In this document: one piece after another, positions 1-10,158 of the stretch
How positions within the stretch are numbered: position 1 is the first letter of the stretch
Layout of the letters: each line of letters begins with the position of its first letter
NCBI GenBank assembly: GCA_964469555.1
Contig: CAYYAQ010000011.1
Span: forward strand, 1 to 58,514
From: an uncultured candidatus Brocadiaceae bacterium
GTDB lineage: Bacteria; Planctomycetota; UBA1135; UBA2386
Reading direction: 5' to 3'
Length of the DNA stretch: 58,514 nt
Program-made: the position numbers and the translations under genes
The notes under the pieces: model-generated
Seen by the model: only the letters and a program-made list of their open reading frames with translations
Told to the model about the DNA's origin: nothing
Databases searched by the model: none

Positions 1-339
1 ATCGACTGGGCTGCGGATCAACCGGCACGCGTTGTCGCCGGCGCCGAAGGAAGGACCCGCGGTAGTCTGCGGCTCGCATCCCGCGCCCACGAGGATCACA
101 ACAACGAACAGCAAGTCGACCCGGAGTCTGCCCTCGACCTCACCGTCGCCGCCTCGGCGACCGGCGGCAAGAGCGTGCCGGCTGCCGGCGCTTCCGCGGC
201 AGTTCTGTCGACCGGCGGCGGGACCCGACCGCTGACTCTGCAGCGGCTGTGGCCACTGTGCCTGTTGCTTGCACTCTTCTGTTACCTGGGCGACCTGGTC
301 TGGCGCCGCCGCCCGCGACGCGTGGGAGCTTCGACATGA
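1..339 (+). CDS. 3' end of a membrane-anchored protein (partial; C-terminus typical of planctomycete VWA/glutamine-amidotransferase-like proteins)
   Basis: Frame +1 is open from base 1 to TGA 337-339 (not in the ORF track). It ends ...TVAASATGG...QRLWPLCLLLALFCYLGDLVWRRRPRR, a hydrophobic helix plus basic tail. The stop overlaps the next ATG (ATGA). Confidence 0.7.
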   Translation: MDWAADQPARVVAGAEGRTRGSLRLASRAHEDHNNEQQVDPESALDLTVAASATGGKSVPAAGASAAVLSTGGGTRPLTLQRLWPLCLLLALFCYLGDLVWRRRPRRVGAST

Positions 340-3300
340 AAAAGCGGAATCTCCGAAGACACTCGATCTGGACCCTCGCGCTCTCGATCTTCGTCGTCGC
401 CGATGGCGCATCGGCACAAGCTGTCTCGAAACCGGCGGGCCTCGATCCCGCCATCGTCGCGAAGATCGATGCGCTCCTGACCCAGCTCGCGGACAAGAAC
501 GCGAGCGTCGATTCGACCGACGCCGCTCGCGACCTGATCTGGCGACGCTGCGCCATCCGTCACGGAGGTTTCGGTCCGCTGTTTCGCGATCTCGCGGCAC
601 GGCGCGCCACGAAACTCCCGCGCTCGCAAGACCTCCGGCTGATCCGCGTCCACGCGCATTACCTGCGTCGGCTCGGCGACCTGAATGACGCGCGGCGGAT
701 GCTCGACAAGATCGAGATCGCGGAAGAGACCGTAGCCGACGCCCTCGCGAAGGCCGATGTCCTCGACGCGCTCGGGAGTGATGACGCCGCGTTGCTCGCT
801 TACGACAGGCTGCTCGCGAAGAAACTCGCACCGGCACTGCAAAACAGGATCCTCCTGCGCAAGGCCCTGATCGGTGGCAAGGCGAAGCCAGCAGCCCCTG
901 CGGCACGGCCAGGGCAACGACCGCTCAAGCCGATTCGAACGATCAGGCGCGCCAAAGCCCTGCCCTTGCGACCGGGCACGAAGGCGAAGCCGGTGGCGAG
1001 GTCGGTGGCGAAGCCGGTGGCGAGGTCGGTGGCGAAGCCGGTGGCGAAGCTGGTGGCGAAGCCCCAGTCGCCGCTCGCGAAGTTCGCCTCGCAACCGAAC
1101 CTCGACAGGGCGCTGAAGAACCAGGCGGCCGTCATCCTCGCGTTGACGGGGGAACAGAAGGACGCGATCCGGGTCTTCGTTCCCGAAGGCAAGGATACCG
1201 CCAGATTTCGTCAGGAGGTGCGCATCGCCGAATGGGCGATCGAGGGCGGCGTCTACAAGAAGGCACAGGAGTCCGCGTGGGTCGCGGTGCGCAACGCCAA
1301 GCTCAAACGCGACCGCCGCTACGCGCTCACCGTCCTGGTCGAGGCATACCGCCGAGACAAGAAACTCGACGTGCTAATCGATCGGTTCGCGAAATCCAAG
1401 GACCTCGACATCCAATCACGGGAGACATGGATCGATCTGCTGCGCGAACGCGGCAAAGTCGACGAAGCGCTGAGGCTCTTCCGCGAGTCCAAGAAGGGAG
1501 TGTTCACCGCCGACATGCGCCGCGAGCTCCTCGAGATCTGCCGCGAGGCGAACAAGGATGGGATCCTCGAGGCCGCCTACAAGAAACTCACGGTCGCCGA
1601 ACCACGGTTCCTCGAGTGGCGCGAGGGACTGGCGAGGTTCTACCTCGAGCGCGGTCGCCGCGAGGACGCGCTCGACACCTGGCGCACCTACCTCGACATC
1701 ACGGACGACAACCGCTACCGCATGGCGGCCGCGGCGAGCTTGATGTCGCTCGGACTCGACGGGCTCGCGATCGAGTTCGCGAACGTGTGCATGAAGACCG
1801 GGGCTCGCGACCGCGAGTCGGCGCTGATGTTCCTGTTCGAACTGCACAAGGACCGCGGGCGCCACAAGGAAGCCGCGGAGGCCCTCAAAGAGCTCGATCG
1901 ACGGGCCTCGCCCCGGTCGGGCATCCGCAAGGAACTGGCCGACGCGTGGGCGCGACTCGGCGACAAGAAGAAGGCCGTCGAAATCCTGAAGAAGCTCTTC
2001 GAAACCCTCGGCGACGAGACGACTCCGGACACGCGCATGAAGCTGGCGTTGATGCTCTCCGAGGTCGGCGAAGAGGACAAGGCGCTCGACCACTGGCAAT
2101 CGATGTTGCGCAAGATCAACTCGGTGCCCCGACGACGCTACGTGGAAGAGCGATTGATGGCGGTCGCGTCTCGCCTCGGCAAGCTCGCCAAGATCGCGAT
2201 TCGTCTCGAGAAGAAGCTCATCGCCGGCACCGCCGACGACCGGGACGCCGGACTGCTCGTCCGCCTCTACATCCAGGTAAACGACCCGGTGTCTGCGACT
2301 GAGATCATCCAGGAGCACATGGCCAAGTCCGGCAAGAAGCCGATCGAAGTCCTCACCGAGAAAGCGCGCGTGTTCCAGTCCTGCGAGGACTACTACAACT
2401 ACGAGCTGGTCATCCAGGAGTTGATGAAGGTCGACCCCGAGGGACGCCCCGACTATCTGCGTCAGCTCGCGATGAGCAACATGGAGCGCGGCCAGCGACG
2501 GGAGGCCCGCGAGATCCTTGCGCAGCTCAAGGCCGAAGAGGCCAATTCGATCAGCGACGAATTCGAAGCCGGCGTCCTCGCGCTCGCGGGCATGCGCACC
2601 CAAGCCCTCGAAGCGTACCGGCGCGGCATCGCAAAGTACCCGGAGCGCATCGACACGTTCCTTCTCCTGTCGAACATCCAGAAGCAACTCGGCAGGCACG
2701 AGCGCTCCGCCGGGATGTTCCAGCACCTCGCCGCCACCGCCGAAAAGGACGATCTGTTCACGATCGCGATCGACGGCATCCTCAACATGCGCGACGGTCG
2801 CGCCAACCTCGGCGCACCCAACCGACTCGTCGAATGGGCGCGACGCGTCGTGATCGAGCGGGTCGCGCGCCGACCGAACAAGCTCTACCTGCTGCGCCTC
2901 GTCGCCGATCTCTCGGATGAACTGAACGACACGGCCATGGCGATCCGCGCGCTCAAGACCGCGGTGCCCGTTGCCGGCGAACAGCGGACGCATATCCTGC
3001 GCGAGCTGATGACGATGACGAAGAACCTGTCGATCCCGAGCCACCTGCGCAACAGGCCCGCGTTCAGTCGGATCAACATGGGCCAGAACCCGCAGCAGGA
3101 TCGACCCGCCCACCCCGACCTCCTGATGTTCGGTCGACGCATCCTCGGCCAGGGCGAGCTCGTCCCACCGCAGACGTACCTCGAACTCGGCTCAGCGTTC
3201 CTGAACGCGGGCGAAGTGCAGAACGCGACCAAGACGTTCAACCAAGCCAGCCAACTACCGGAGTTCGCGGAGCTGCGGCGGCAGTTCGCCAGGGCATTCG

Positions 3301-6300
3301 AAGAGGCGGGATATCCAAAGGAAGCCCAGCGCATCTACGAACAGATCCTGAGCGTGGACAACGGCGACGCGGGACTCGTCACGAAGGTCGGGGAACTGCT
3401 CGAGCAGACGGGCCGCGATGACGCGGCGCTCGGTCTCTACAAACACGGCCTCGATCTGCTGCTCGGACGCAGTATCTTCGTGAAGACGGGCGTGAAGAAG
3501 GCAGGCGACAAGCCCAAGGTCATCAACCCGCGCCTCTACATGCCCGGCAATCGGAACACCGACGACTGGCAGCGGCACGAAGTGTGGTTGGTCCAGGGGC
3601 TACTCGCGACGCTCACCGAGGAGTCAGCAAACACGTTCCTCTCGGACCAGCGCAAAGTGATCGCTACGGAACTCGCGCGCTCCGCAGCGGAACGCCAGGA
3701 TGGCCGCATCGCCGCCGACGCAAAGCTCTCACACCACACCCGGCTGTATCGAAGGGTCACGCTCTTCCGGCGCGTTGCCGCCGCATTCGGCGACATCGAG
3801 GTCGTAGACGAACTCGACGGCAAGTTGCTCGCGCAGTTCGTGAAAGACAACACGTTACTGGAAGAAGCCGTGCGCTTCCGACTGAACTGGGGTTTCGTCT
3901 TCTCGGCGCGCAGGCTGATCGCCTCGAGCGATCGACCGGAGAATGAACAGAAGAGACTCCGACTCCTCACCGGTGGGACGAGTGCAGGTGAGACCCCGGG
4001 CATCGTCTCCGCCGCCGAGGCCGCGGGCCTGCTGCTCCCCATGCTCGTCGACGGCCAGGACGACGCGGCCAAGATCCTGCTCGAACGACTCTCGCTCTCC
4101 ACGGGCGACAAGAGCGCGCTCGAACACATGCCGATGCTCGTCGGCGCCGCGACCTACCTCCGCGACGCTGACCTCACCCTGACGCTGTGCCGACACTGGC
4201 TCAACCTCGGCATCAAGCAATCACCGGGCACGATGTACGGAACCGTCGAATCGATTCTGCGGCAGGGTCGGAGGATGCTCGACAAGTCTCAACTCAGGAG
4301 CCTCACCGAACACCTGCTCACGCAGGTCGTGGAGAACCCCGACACGTTCACGGTCTTCCTGCGCCGCCTCCCCCAACTGCGCGAGAAGGCTGGATCGGAC
4401 TTCTTGACGCGCGACCAGATCGAGAAACTGATCAAGAGTCGTCTCGACGCGAGCGACCGTTACCTCTTCGGAATCGAAGACCTGTTCGTTCTGCTCGCCG
4501 CGGAAGATCGTTCGCCCGTGCTGCGGTCCGTGTGGAACCGCCTCCCGAAGTCGCGGCGCGCGTACTTCCTGCTGCGCCTGGTCTCGGTCCTCGACAACGA
4601 GTTCGAAAAGGGATTCAGCGACTTCCTCGCCGCGGGCTTCAAGCAGGCTCTCACCGAGTCGGACGACAAACGCATACTCGGCTTTCAGGTCGACAACCTC
4701 GCCGACTCCGGCAAGGTCAATATCGGTCTGCGATTGCAGTTCGTCGAGGCGATGGTCGCGAGCGGAGAGTCGGGCATTCGGATGCAAGGCGGACATGCCA
4801 TTTTGCTGATGAAGCTCGGCCGGAAGGATGAAGCACTCGCGGTCTTCAAGAAGGTCCTCGCCGCGACATACCCCGAGTCGGGTCGGACGGCGGACCCGAT
4901 GGCGCGGAGCGTCTACCACCGACTCACCCGCTCACTCGGCAAGGAGCACGGCGACGCCCTGATCGGAGCCTTCGACCTGCTGGAGAAAGAGCGCAAGCCG
5001 AGCGTCGCGATGACGAACAACCGCCTCTCTCTGCTGCGACAAATCGGACGAACGGAGAACATCCTCGAGGCTCTCGAAGCGGCGGTGAAGAAGCACCCGA
5101 AGCAAGCGAGCCTCCGCCTGCAACTGACTCGCGAGCTCCAGACACGCGGCGAAAAGAGCAAGGCGCTGGCGATTCAGAACAAGGCACTTTCAGAGAACGA
5201 GAAAGACAATGCGCTCCGTGCACGCATCGTTTCCGCCTGGCGGGCCTTGCGGAATCCGGTGCGGGCCCTCGCGCTTCGCACTGCCGGCGAGCCGTTCCAA
5301 CCGAAGCTGCCGCCCGTGACAGCCCCGGCGGTCGTCGCGGCACCCGCTGCGAAGAAGAAGGACCGCACGCCACCGGCGACGCTCGTGGCGGTGAAGAAGG
5401 CGTTCGACGCGAAGGACGAGACCGCTGCACTCCACACGTTCCGGAGATTGTGGCGCAGGTTCAGCCCCATCGTACCCAACCCGTACGGCAGCATCTTCTA
5501 CCCGCGCGGACTCGGCGCGCAACTCGTGTGGCCATCCGAGAAGAAGAAAGAGAAGCCGAAACCCAAGGAGCCGAAGGAGAAGGTCAAGCGCGGTCGCGGT
5601 GGACTTCCCGAGTTGTTCACGCGGGCGCTCACCGAGAAGGAGAAGAAACGGGGGCGCATCCGACAACCCTCCCGCTACCACCGCGGAGTGGACTTTGCCG
5701 ACCCGAACCAGAAACCAGAGGACATCGTGCCAGCGCAAGCGGTCCTCACCAAGACCGACGCCGGTCGCGCCGAGGTCATGCGTCAGTTGCGCAGCATGCC
5801 CCACACCGATCTCGGCAATGTCGCCGCCCGCGACATCTACGTCGCGCTCGCCGCCGCGTCGGTCGTCAGGGACGGACGCGAGAAGGTGATCACCGACCTC
5901 CTCGACCGCGAGAAAGCCGGGAAGTGCGGCAAGGTCGACTACGGCATGCTCTCAGCCCTGCTCGACGACATCGGCAAGTCCTCCCCCGAAAGCATCGAGC
6001 AGAGCCTGCGCGGCCTCACGGCAAACCTGAATCCGGGCGACGAGAACCAGGTCCGCCGCCTCGCCCGCCTTCACGCGCGGACCGGCGACCCGGGCAAGGC
6101 CGCGACGCTCTACCGCTGGTGCGCGTTGCTTTCCGGCGTGAATCGACCGCCGTACTTCTTCTACCAGGGACGCGACGACCTGCTGGACGAGGTCATGAAG
6201 AGCCTGTCGGGCGACGAACGCGTGCAGGCAGTGCAGGACATCCTGACGTACCAGGATCCCGGCGAATACAACCGCGACATGCACTTGACGATCGTGCTCC

Positions 6301-7190
6301 AGACATGGAACGACCTTCTCCCACCGGAAAAGGCGATCGAAAAGAGCCGCCGCACCCTCGGCGAGGTCACGAACACGGAGATGTTGCCGCTGCGGATGTC
6401 GTGCAAGCTCGCGACCCGCATGCACGCTCGTGCAGGGGAACTGGACGCCGCCACTCGATGCCTCGAGTTCGCGCTCTGCAAGCTGCCCGCGCCGGCGAAC
6501 ACGCGGTTTCCGTTCTACGCGACGCAGTTCGAGCGACCGGGCTACGCGTCCACGACCGACATCGTCCTGTTCTTCCCCAAGGACATGTCCGGCTTCAAGG
6601 ATCCCGCCGGGTGGCTCGAGCGCGCCGCCGCGAAGATCGAGGAGTGGCGCAAGGCCGACCGCCTCCAGGAACGCCTTCCCTTGCAGATGCTCTGCGTGCT
6701 CGCATTGAGACTGCACGACAACGGTCGCACCGGCGTCGCACGGGGCATGGTCCCGACGATTCGCGAGCTCGCCGGCGTTCGACCCGACGACCTGCTCTGG
6801 GCGGCGGACGTCGCCAGGACGGTCGGTGACCCGAAGACGGCTGGCGACATCGAACGAAAGCTATTCGACGCCGAGCGCCTGCACGTCGAACGCGTCCCCG
6901 AGGTCGTGGGTCGGATCCTCGCGGCAGAAGGCGCCGACGCAGTGCTCCTCGCCGGCGAGAAGGCAGCGGCCTACACGCTACACCCGGACCTTCTCGACCA
7001 TCTGGTCCAGGCGGCGACGGACGCGGGCAAGCTCGAACGCGCTACCCACTGGAAGAAGGTCCGGGCCGACGCCGAGCAGGCGCACAAGACCCTCGAGGAA
7101 CAGGACAAGAAGCGGAAGGAAGAGGCTGAGCGCCGCGCCAAAGAGGTCAAGCGATTGGCAGAGGAAGCCAAGAACAAGCGGAAGAAGTGA
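336..7190 (+). CDS. Giant exported TPR/alpha-solenoid protein (~2284 aa)
   Basis: Long ORF. ATG 336 is coupled to the upstream stop and followed by a signal peptide (MKKRNLRRHSIWTLALSIFVVADGASA-Q). Many TPR-like helical pairs and Lys/Pro-rich linkers. Confidence 0.85.
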   Translation: MKKRNLRRHSIWTLALSIFVVADGASAQAVSKPAGLDPAIVAKIDALLTQLADKNASVDSTDAARDLIWRRCAIRHGGFGPLFRDLAARRATKLPRSQDLRLIRVHAHYLRRLGDLNDARRMLDKIEIAEETVADALAKADVLDALGSDDAALLAYDRLLAKKLAPALQNRILLRKALIGGKAKPAAPAARPGQRPLKPIRTIRRAKALPLRPGTKAKPVARSVAKPVARSVAKPVAKLVAKPQSPLAKFASQPNLDRALKNQAAVILALTGEQKDAIRVFVPEGKDTARFRQEVRIAEWAIEGGVYKKAQESAWVAVRNAKLKRDRRYALTVLVEAYRRDKKLDVLIDRFAKSKDLDIQSRETWIDLLRERGKVDEALRLFRESKKGVFTADMRRELLEICREANKDGILEAAYKKLTVAEPRFLEWREGLARFYLERGRREDALDTWRTYLDITDDNRYRMAAAASLMSLGLDGLAIEFANVCMKTGARDRESALMFLFELHKDRGRHKEAAEALKELDRRASPRSGIRKELADAWARLGDKKKAVEILKKLFETLGDETTPDTRMKLALMLSEVGEEDKALDHWQSMLRKINSVPRRRYVEERLMAVASRLGKLAKIAIRLEKKLIAGTADDRDAGLLVRLYIQVNDPVSATEIIQEHMAKSGKKPIEVLTEKARVFQSCEDYYNYELVIQELMKVDPEGRPDYLRQLAMSNMERGQRREAREILAQLKAEEANSISDEFEAGVLALAGMRTQALEAYRRGIAKYPERIDTFLLLSNIQKQLGRHERSAGMFQHLAATAEKDDLFTIAIDGILNMRDGRANLGAPNRLVEWARRVVIERVARRPNKLYLLRLVADLSDELNDTAMAIRALKTAVPVAGEQRTHILRELMTMTKNLSIPSHLRNRPAFSRINMGQNPQQDRPAHPDLLMFGRRILGQGELVPPQTYLELGSAFLNAGEVQNATKTFNQASQLPEFAELRRQFARAFEEAGYPKEAQRIYEQILSVDNGDAGLVTKVGELLEQTGRDDAALGLYKHGLDLLLGRSIFVKTGVKKAGDKPKVINPRLYMPGNRNTDDWQRHEVWLVQGLLATLTEESANTFLSDQRKVIATELARSAAERQDGRIAADAKLSHHTRLYRRVTLFRRVAAAFGDIEVVDELDGKLLAQFVKDNTLLEEAVRFRLNWGFVFSARRLIASSDRPENEQKRLRLLTGGTSAGETPGIVSAAEAAGLLLPMLVDGQDDAAKILLERLSLSTGDKSALEHMPMLVGAATYLRDADLTLTLCRHWLNLGIKQSPGTMYGTVESILRQGRRMLDKSQLRSLTEHLLTQVVENPDTFTVFLRRLPQLREKAGSDFLTRDQIEKLIKSRLDASDRYLFGIEDLFVLLAAEDRSPVLRSVWNRLPKSRRAYFLLRLVSVLDNEFEKGFSDFLAAGFKQALTESDDKRILGFQVDNLADSGKVNIGLRLQFVEAMVASGESGIRMQGGHAILLMKLGRKDEALAVFKKVLAATYPESGRTADPMARSVYHRLTRSLGKEHGDALIGAFDLLEKERKPSVAMTNNRLSLLRQIGRTENILEALEAAVKKHPKQASLRLQLTRELQTRGEKSKALAIQNKALSENEKDNALRARIVSAWRALRNPVRALALRTAGEPFQPKLPPVTAPAVVAAPAAKKKDRTPPATLVAVKKAFDAKDETAALHTFRRLWRRFSPIVPNPYGSIFYPRGLGAQLVWPSEKKKEKPKPKEPKEKVKRGRGGLPELFTRALTEKEKKRGRIRQPSRYHRGVDFADPNQKPEDIVPAQAVLTKTDAGRAEVMRQLRSMPHTDLGNVAARDIYVALAAASVVRDGREKVITDLLDREKAGKCGKVDYGMLSALLDDIGKSSPESIEQSLRGLTANLNPGDENQVRRLARLHARTGDPGKAATLYRWCALLSGVNRPPYFFYQGRDDLLDEVMKSLSGDERVQAVQDILTYQDPGEYNRDMHLTIVLQTWNDLLPPEKAIEKSRRTLGEVTNTEMLPLRMSCKLATRMHARAGELDAATRCLEFALCKLPAPANTRFPFYATQFERPGYASTTDIVLFFPKDMSGFKDPAGWLERAAAKIEEWRKADRLQERLPLQMLCVLALRLHDNGRTGVARGMVPTIRELAGVRPDDLLWAADVARTVGDPKTAGDIERKLFDAERLHVERVPEVVGRILAAEGADAVLLAGEKAAAYTLHPDLLDHLVQAATDAGKLERATHWKKVRADAEQAHKTLEEQDKKRKEEAERRAKEVKRLAEEAKNKRKK
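984..1064 (+). repeat. In-frame 12-nt tandem repeat (AKPV/ARSV), ~6.75 units
   Basis: GCGAAGCCGGTG and GCGAGGTCGGTG alternate, followed by GCGAAGCTGGTG and GCGAAGCCC. Confidence 0.95.
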
Positions 7191-7330
7191 CGCGGGCGTC
7201 GGGATGGCTGCCGGATCGCAATGACTGACCCGACCTGAGGGTCCGAGGACGTGGCGTGGCGCGGATTCCCCGGCCTCAAGCTCGAGGGTGAGGGAGCACC
7301 ACGCGACGAACAACGTGCCGGAAACAACCG

Positions 7331-7864
7331 CTAGCCCTGACTCGCTTCCCCGCTCTTCTCTTTCAGCGTCTGCGCGCGTAGCTTGGATCTCGTTTCTTCG
7401 CGCCGGGACAGTTCCGCGAGGTACGCCTCGTCGAGGAACTCGTGGACGTCGTCCAGATCGTCGAAGGTCATCGGCTGGTAGTCGCCCGTCTGGGAACGTT
7501 CGACTTCCACGGCGAACGCGCGCACGACGGCGCGGTGCAGTTCGATGCGGCACGCGCTGTTGATCGGATGAGCCAGGTCGGCGTGCAGCTTGGCGCGTCC
7601 CCGCTCATCGCGAGGCGCGCGATTCGAATCCAACTGGGCACCGCACTCGTTGCAATAACTGGCCGCCAGGCCGTTCTTGCCTCCACAGCTCCCGCACTTG
7701 TCCGACAACTTGCGGCTCGGCATCGCGACGAAAGGCCCCTTCGCCCCTTCGATGATCTTCAGATCTCTGACAACGAATGCGTTGTCGATGGTCACGCTGC
7801 AGTAGCCCCTGAGCTTGTTGCGCGGGTCCATCGTCAGCTTGACGCGGATTTCTGTAATGTTCAT
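7331..7864 (-). CDS. spoVG: SpoVG family regulator with zinc-ribbon insertion
   Basis: MNITEIRVKL...CSVTIDNAFVVRDLKIIEGAKGPFVAMPSRK and ADLAHPINSACR; inserted CGSC...CNEC; lies downstream of ispE. Confidence 0.93.
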   Translation of the reverse strand: MNITEIRVKLTMDPRNKLRGYCSVTIDNAFVVRDLKIIEGAKGPFVAMPSRKLSDKCGSCGGKNGLAASYCNECGAQLDSNRAPRDERGRAKLHADLAHPINSACRIELHRAVVRAFAVEVERSQTGDYQPMTFDDLDDVHEFLDEAYLAELSRREETRSKLRAQTLKEKSGEASQG

Positions 7865-7882
7865 CTGGTCCCCTTCGCGGTG

Positions 7883-8839
7883 TCAGTTTGCTCCCGGAGA
7901 GTCGCTGGGTGGAATCGACGCGACTCGCGGATCACCGGGAGGTGCATGGCTCGTCTCGGTATGCAGCAAGGTCACTGCCTGATCCCGCAGTGGCGCGAGC
8001 CGTTCGATCGCCGCCGCGCACTCCGCCTCGCCGCCAAGAGCGACGAAGAAGGTCGAACCGCTGCCGGACATCCTTACCTCGGGATATCCGTCGGCAGCCA
8101 CTCGATCACGGAACTCTGCCAACTCCGGGTGCAGTTGCAGGGCGGACGCTTCTAAATCGTTCGGAAAACCCGTTGCCACGGCTATTTCCTTGATATCGGG
8201 GATCTTACCGCCGCGGATGCTACGCGGGGGGTGGCGGGGGGTCAATTGCGCCCCATGGTTTTTGTAGATCGCCCCGGTGGAAGTGCCCGTCCGCGGCATG
8301 ATTAGGACGAAGTGGAGATGTGGTCCACCGGCGAGGGGCAGGAGGTCCGTGCCCGTCCCCCAACCTAGCTGGGTCCCGCCCCGCAGGAAGAACGGCACGT
8401 CGGACCCGAGTTCGCAGGCGACCGCGTGGAGCGTGCGATCGTCGAGGGGGCCACCGTGCAGCGCATTCAGCAGGCGCAACGCCGCTGCCGCGTCCGAGCT
8501 GCCGCCGCCGAGTCCACCACCCGCGGGGATGCGCTTCGTCAGGTGGAAGCGGACGCCGGCGGCACCCTCGGCGACCTGGCGCGCCGCCGCGAAGAACCCG
8601 CGGGCCGCGCGGCACACGAGGTTGTCCTCCCCGACCGCGACCGGCAGTCCGGTCGCGATCTCGCTCGCGTCGACGACCAGCTCGATGCCTTCGCCCGCGG
8701 TCTCGGCGATCAGCGTGTCGCAGAGCGTCAGCGACTGGAGGATCGTCTCGACTTCGTGGTAGCCATCTTCGCGCCGGTCGAGCACGGCCAGGTAGAGGTT
8801 GATCTTCGCCGGCGCGTCCAGTGCCAGAGCGGTCATCAT
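7883..8839 (-). CDS. ispE: 4-diphosphocytidyl-2-C-methyl-D-erythritol kinase
   Basis: APAKINLYL, DGYHE, KRIPAGGGLGGGSSDAAA, LGSDVPFF, NDLE, MSGSGST motifs. Confidence 0.96.
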   Translation of the reverse strand: MMTALALDAPAKINLYLAVLDRREDGYHEVETILQSLTLCDTLIAETAGEGIELVVDASEIATGLPVAVGEDNLVCRAARGFFAAARQVAEGAAGVRFHLTKRIPAGGGLGGGSSDAAAALRLLNALHGGPLDDRTLHAVACELGSDVPFFLRGGTQLGWGTGTDLLPLAGGPHLHFVLIMPRTGTSTGAIYKNHGAQLTPRHPPRSIRGGKIPDIKEIAVATGFPNDLEASALQLHPELAEFRDRVAADGYPEVRMSGSGSTFFVALGGEAECAAAIERLAPLRDQAVTLLHTETSHAPPGDPRVASIPPSDSPGAN

Positions 8840-10158
8840 TCGTCTCCGATGAGCGAAAGATTGTCGAGCAACCGGACCGCCCGAGCGCCGCCCTCGCCGA
8901 GGAACCCGGCGACGAGGAGGCGCGCGTCCGCGACGGGACCCGGGGGCAGCGGCAGGAGGTCGCCGTCGGCGCGCAACTCCAAGTAGTCGAGGCGAACGGC
9001 GGACTCCGCGTCGATCACGCCGCGCGCCGCGGCGAGCAACGCATCCGCGTCCCGAACGCCTGACCGGTGTGCATCGCGCGCGGCGCGCAGCCCGCGGATC
9101 AGCACCGTCGCGGCCTGGCGGTCGTCGGCTGACAGGTAGACGTTGCGACTCGACATGGCGAGCCCGTCCGGCTCCCGGACGATCGGTCCGATGCGGAGTT
9201 CGAGCGGAAACGAGAGGTCCGCCGTCATGCGGCGGATCACCGCGACCTGCTGGGCGTCCTTTTGTCCGAAGTAGGCATGTGAAGGTCGGGCGACACTGAA
9301 GAGTTTCGCCACGACGGTGGTGACACCTTCGAAGTGTGTCAGGCGCGTCGCGCCCTCCATCGTCTGCGCCTCGACCCCCACCGCGACACGAGAACAGAAG
9401 CCCTCTCCGTACATCGACTCGGGATCCGGCGCGAACACCGCGTCAACGCCGATCTCCCGGAGGATCTCGACATCCGTGTCGAACGTGCGCGGGTACGCGT
9501 CCAGATCCTCAGTCGGCGCGAACTGCAATGGGTTGACGAAGATCGTCGCGGCGACGCGATCGCACTCCGCGCGGGCGAGCCGCATCAGCGAGACGTGGCC
9601 CTCGTGCAGCGCCCCCATCGTCGGCACCAGGCCAACGGTGCACCCGCCTCGCGTCCAACCAGCTGTGCAAGCCGCGAAGGCGTCTTCGTCCCTGATCACG
9701 GCGGGCCGCTCCGGTCGCTTCAAGAGGTCGACATCGGTGAGGTTGGCGAGCGGCTGCATGACGAACTCCCGATCGAACATCCGGGGATGCGGGATCACGA
9801 GGTCGCGGGTGTCGACCACGCGATCGCCGAACAACAGGATGTCGAGATCGAGAGGTCGCGGCGCATTGCGCGGAGCGTCATGGTCACGACCGGCCTCGAT
9901 CTCCAATTGCCGGCAGATCGACAGCAGTGCGGAAGGCGTCAGGGTGACGCGGAGCTCTGCGACTCCGTTCAGGAACTTCGGCGAATCCGGCGGCGCGTCG
10001 ACAGGCTCGGTTTCGATCCACTCCGACGTCGTGACCACGTCCACGCCGGGGACTGCTGCCAATCGCTCGAGGGCACTATCGAAGCTCGACCGCGGCTGGC
10101 CAAGATTGGCGCCGAGGGCGAGAAAGACCCGGTCCCCAGACATCGCGGCGGCGGACAT
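8836..10158 (-). CDS. panC: Bifunctional FolK (HPPK)-PanC (pantoate-beta-alanine ligase) fusion
   Basis: N-terminal LGANLG, ETEP, FLNGV, PRPLDLDIL, IPHPRM (FolK). C-terminal VPTMGALHEGH, FVNPLQF, YFGQKDAQQ, REPDGLAMSSRN (PanC). One continuous frame. Confidence 0.92.
   Translation of the reverse strand: MSAAAMSGDRVFLALGANLGQPRSSFDSALERLAAVPGVDVVTTSEWIETEPVDAPPDSPKFLNGVAELRVTLTPSALLSICRQLEIEAGRDHDAPRNAPRPLDLDILLFGDRVVDTRDLVIPHPRMFDREFVMQPLANLTDVDLLKRPERPAVIRDEDAFAACTAGWTRGGCTVGLVPTMGALHEGHVSLMRLARAECDRVAATIFVNPLQFAPTEDLDAYPRTFDTDVEILREIGVDAVFAPDPESMYGEGFCSRVAVGVEAQTMEGATRLTHFEGVTTVVAKLFSVARPSHAYFGQKDAQQVAVIRRMTADLSFPLELRIGPIVREPDGLAMSSRNVYLSADDRQAATVLIRGLRAARDAHRSGVRDADALLAAARGVIDAESAVRLDYLELRADGDLLPLPPGPVADARLLVAGFLGEGGARAVRLLDNLSLIGDE

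Noticed and set aside
984..1064. Tandem repeats here and at 30567-30641 as CRISPR arrays
   Set aside because: No spacers; unit lengths are multiples of 3 and lie in-frame in low-complexity protein linkers; no cas genes.
7191..7330. tRNA or ncRNA downstream of spoVG
   Set aside because: Only a weak GTCGGG/CCCGAC stem; no tRNA arms or known motif seen.
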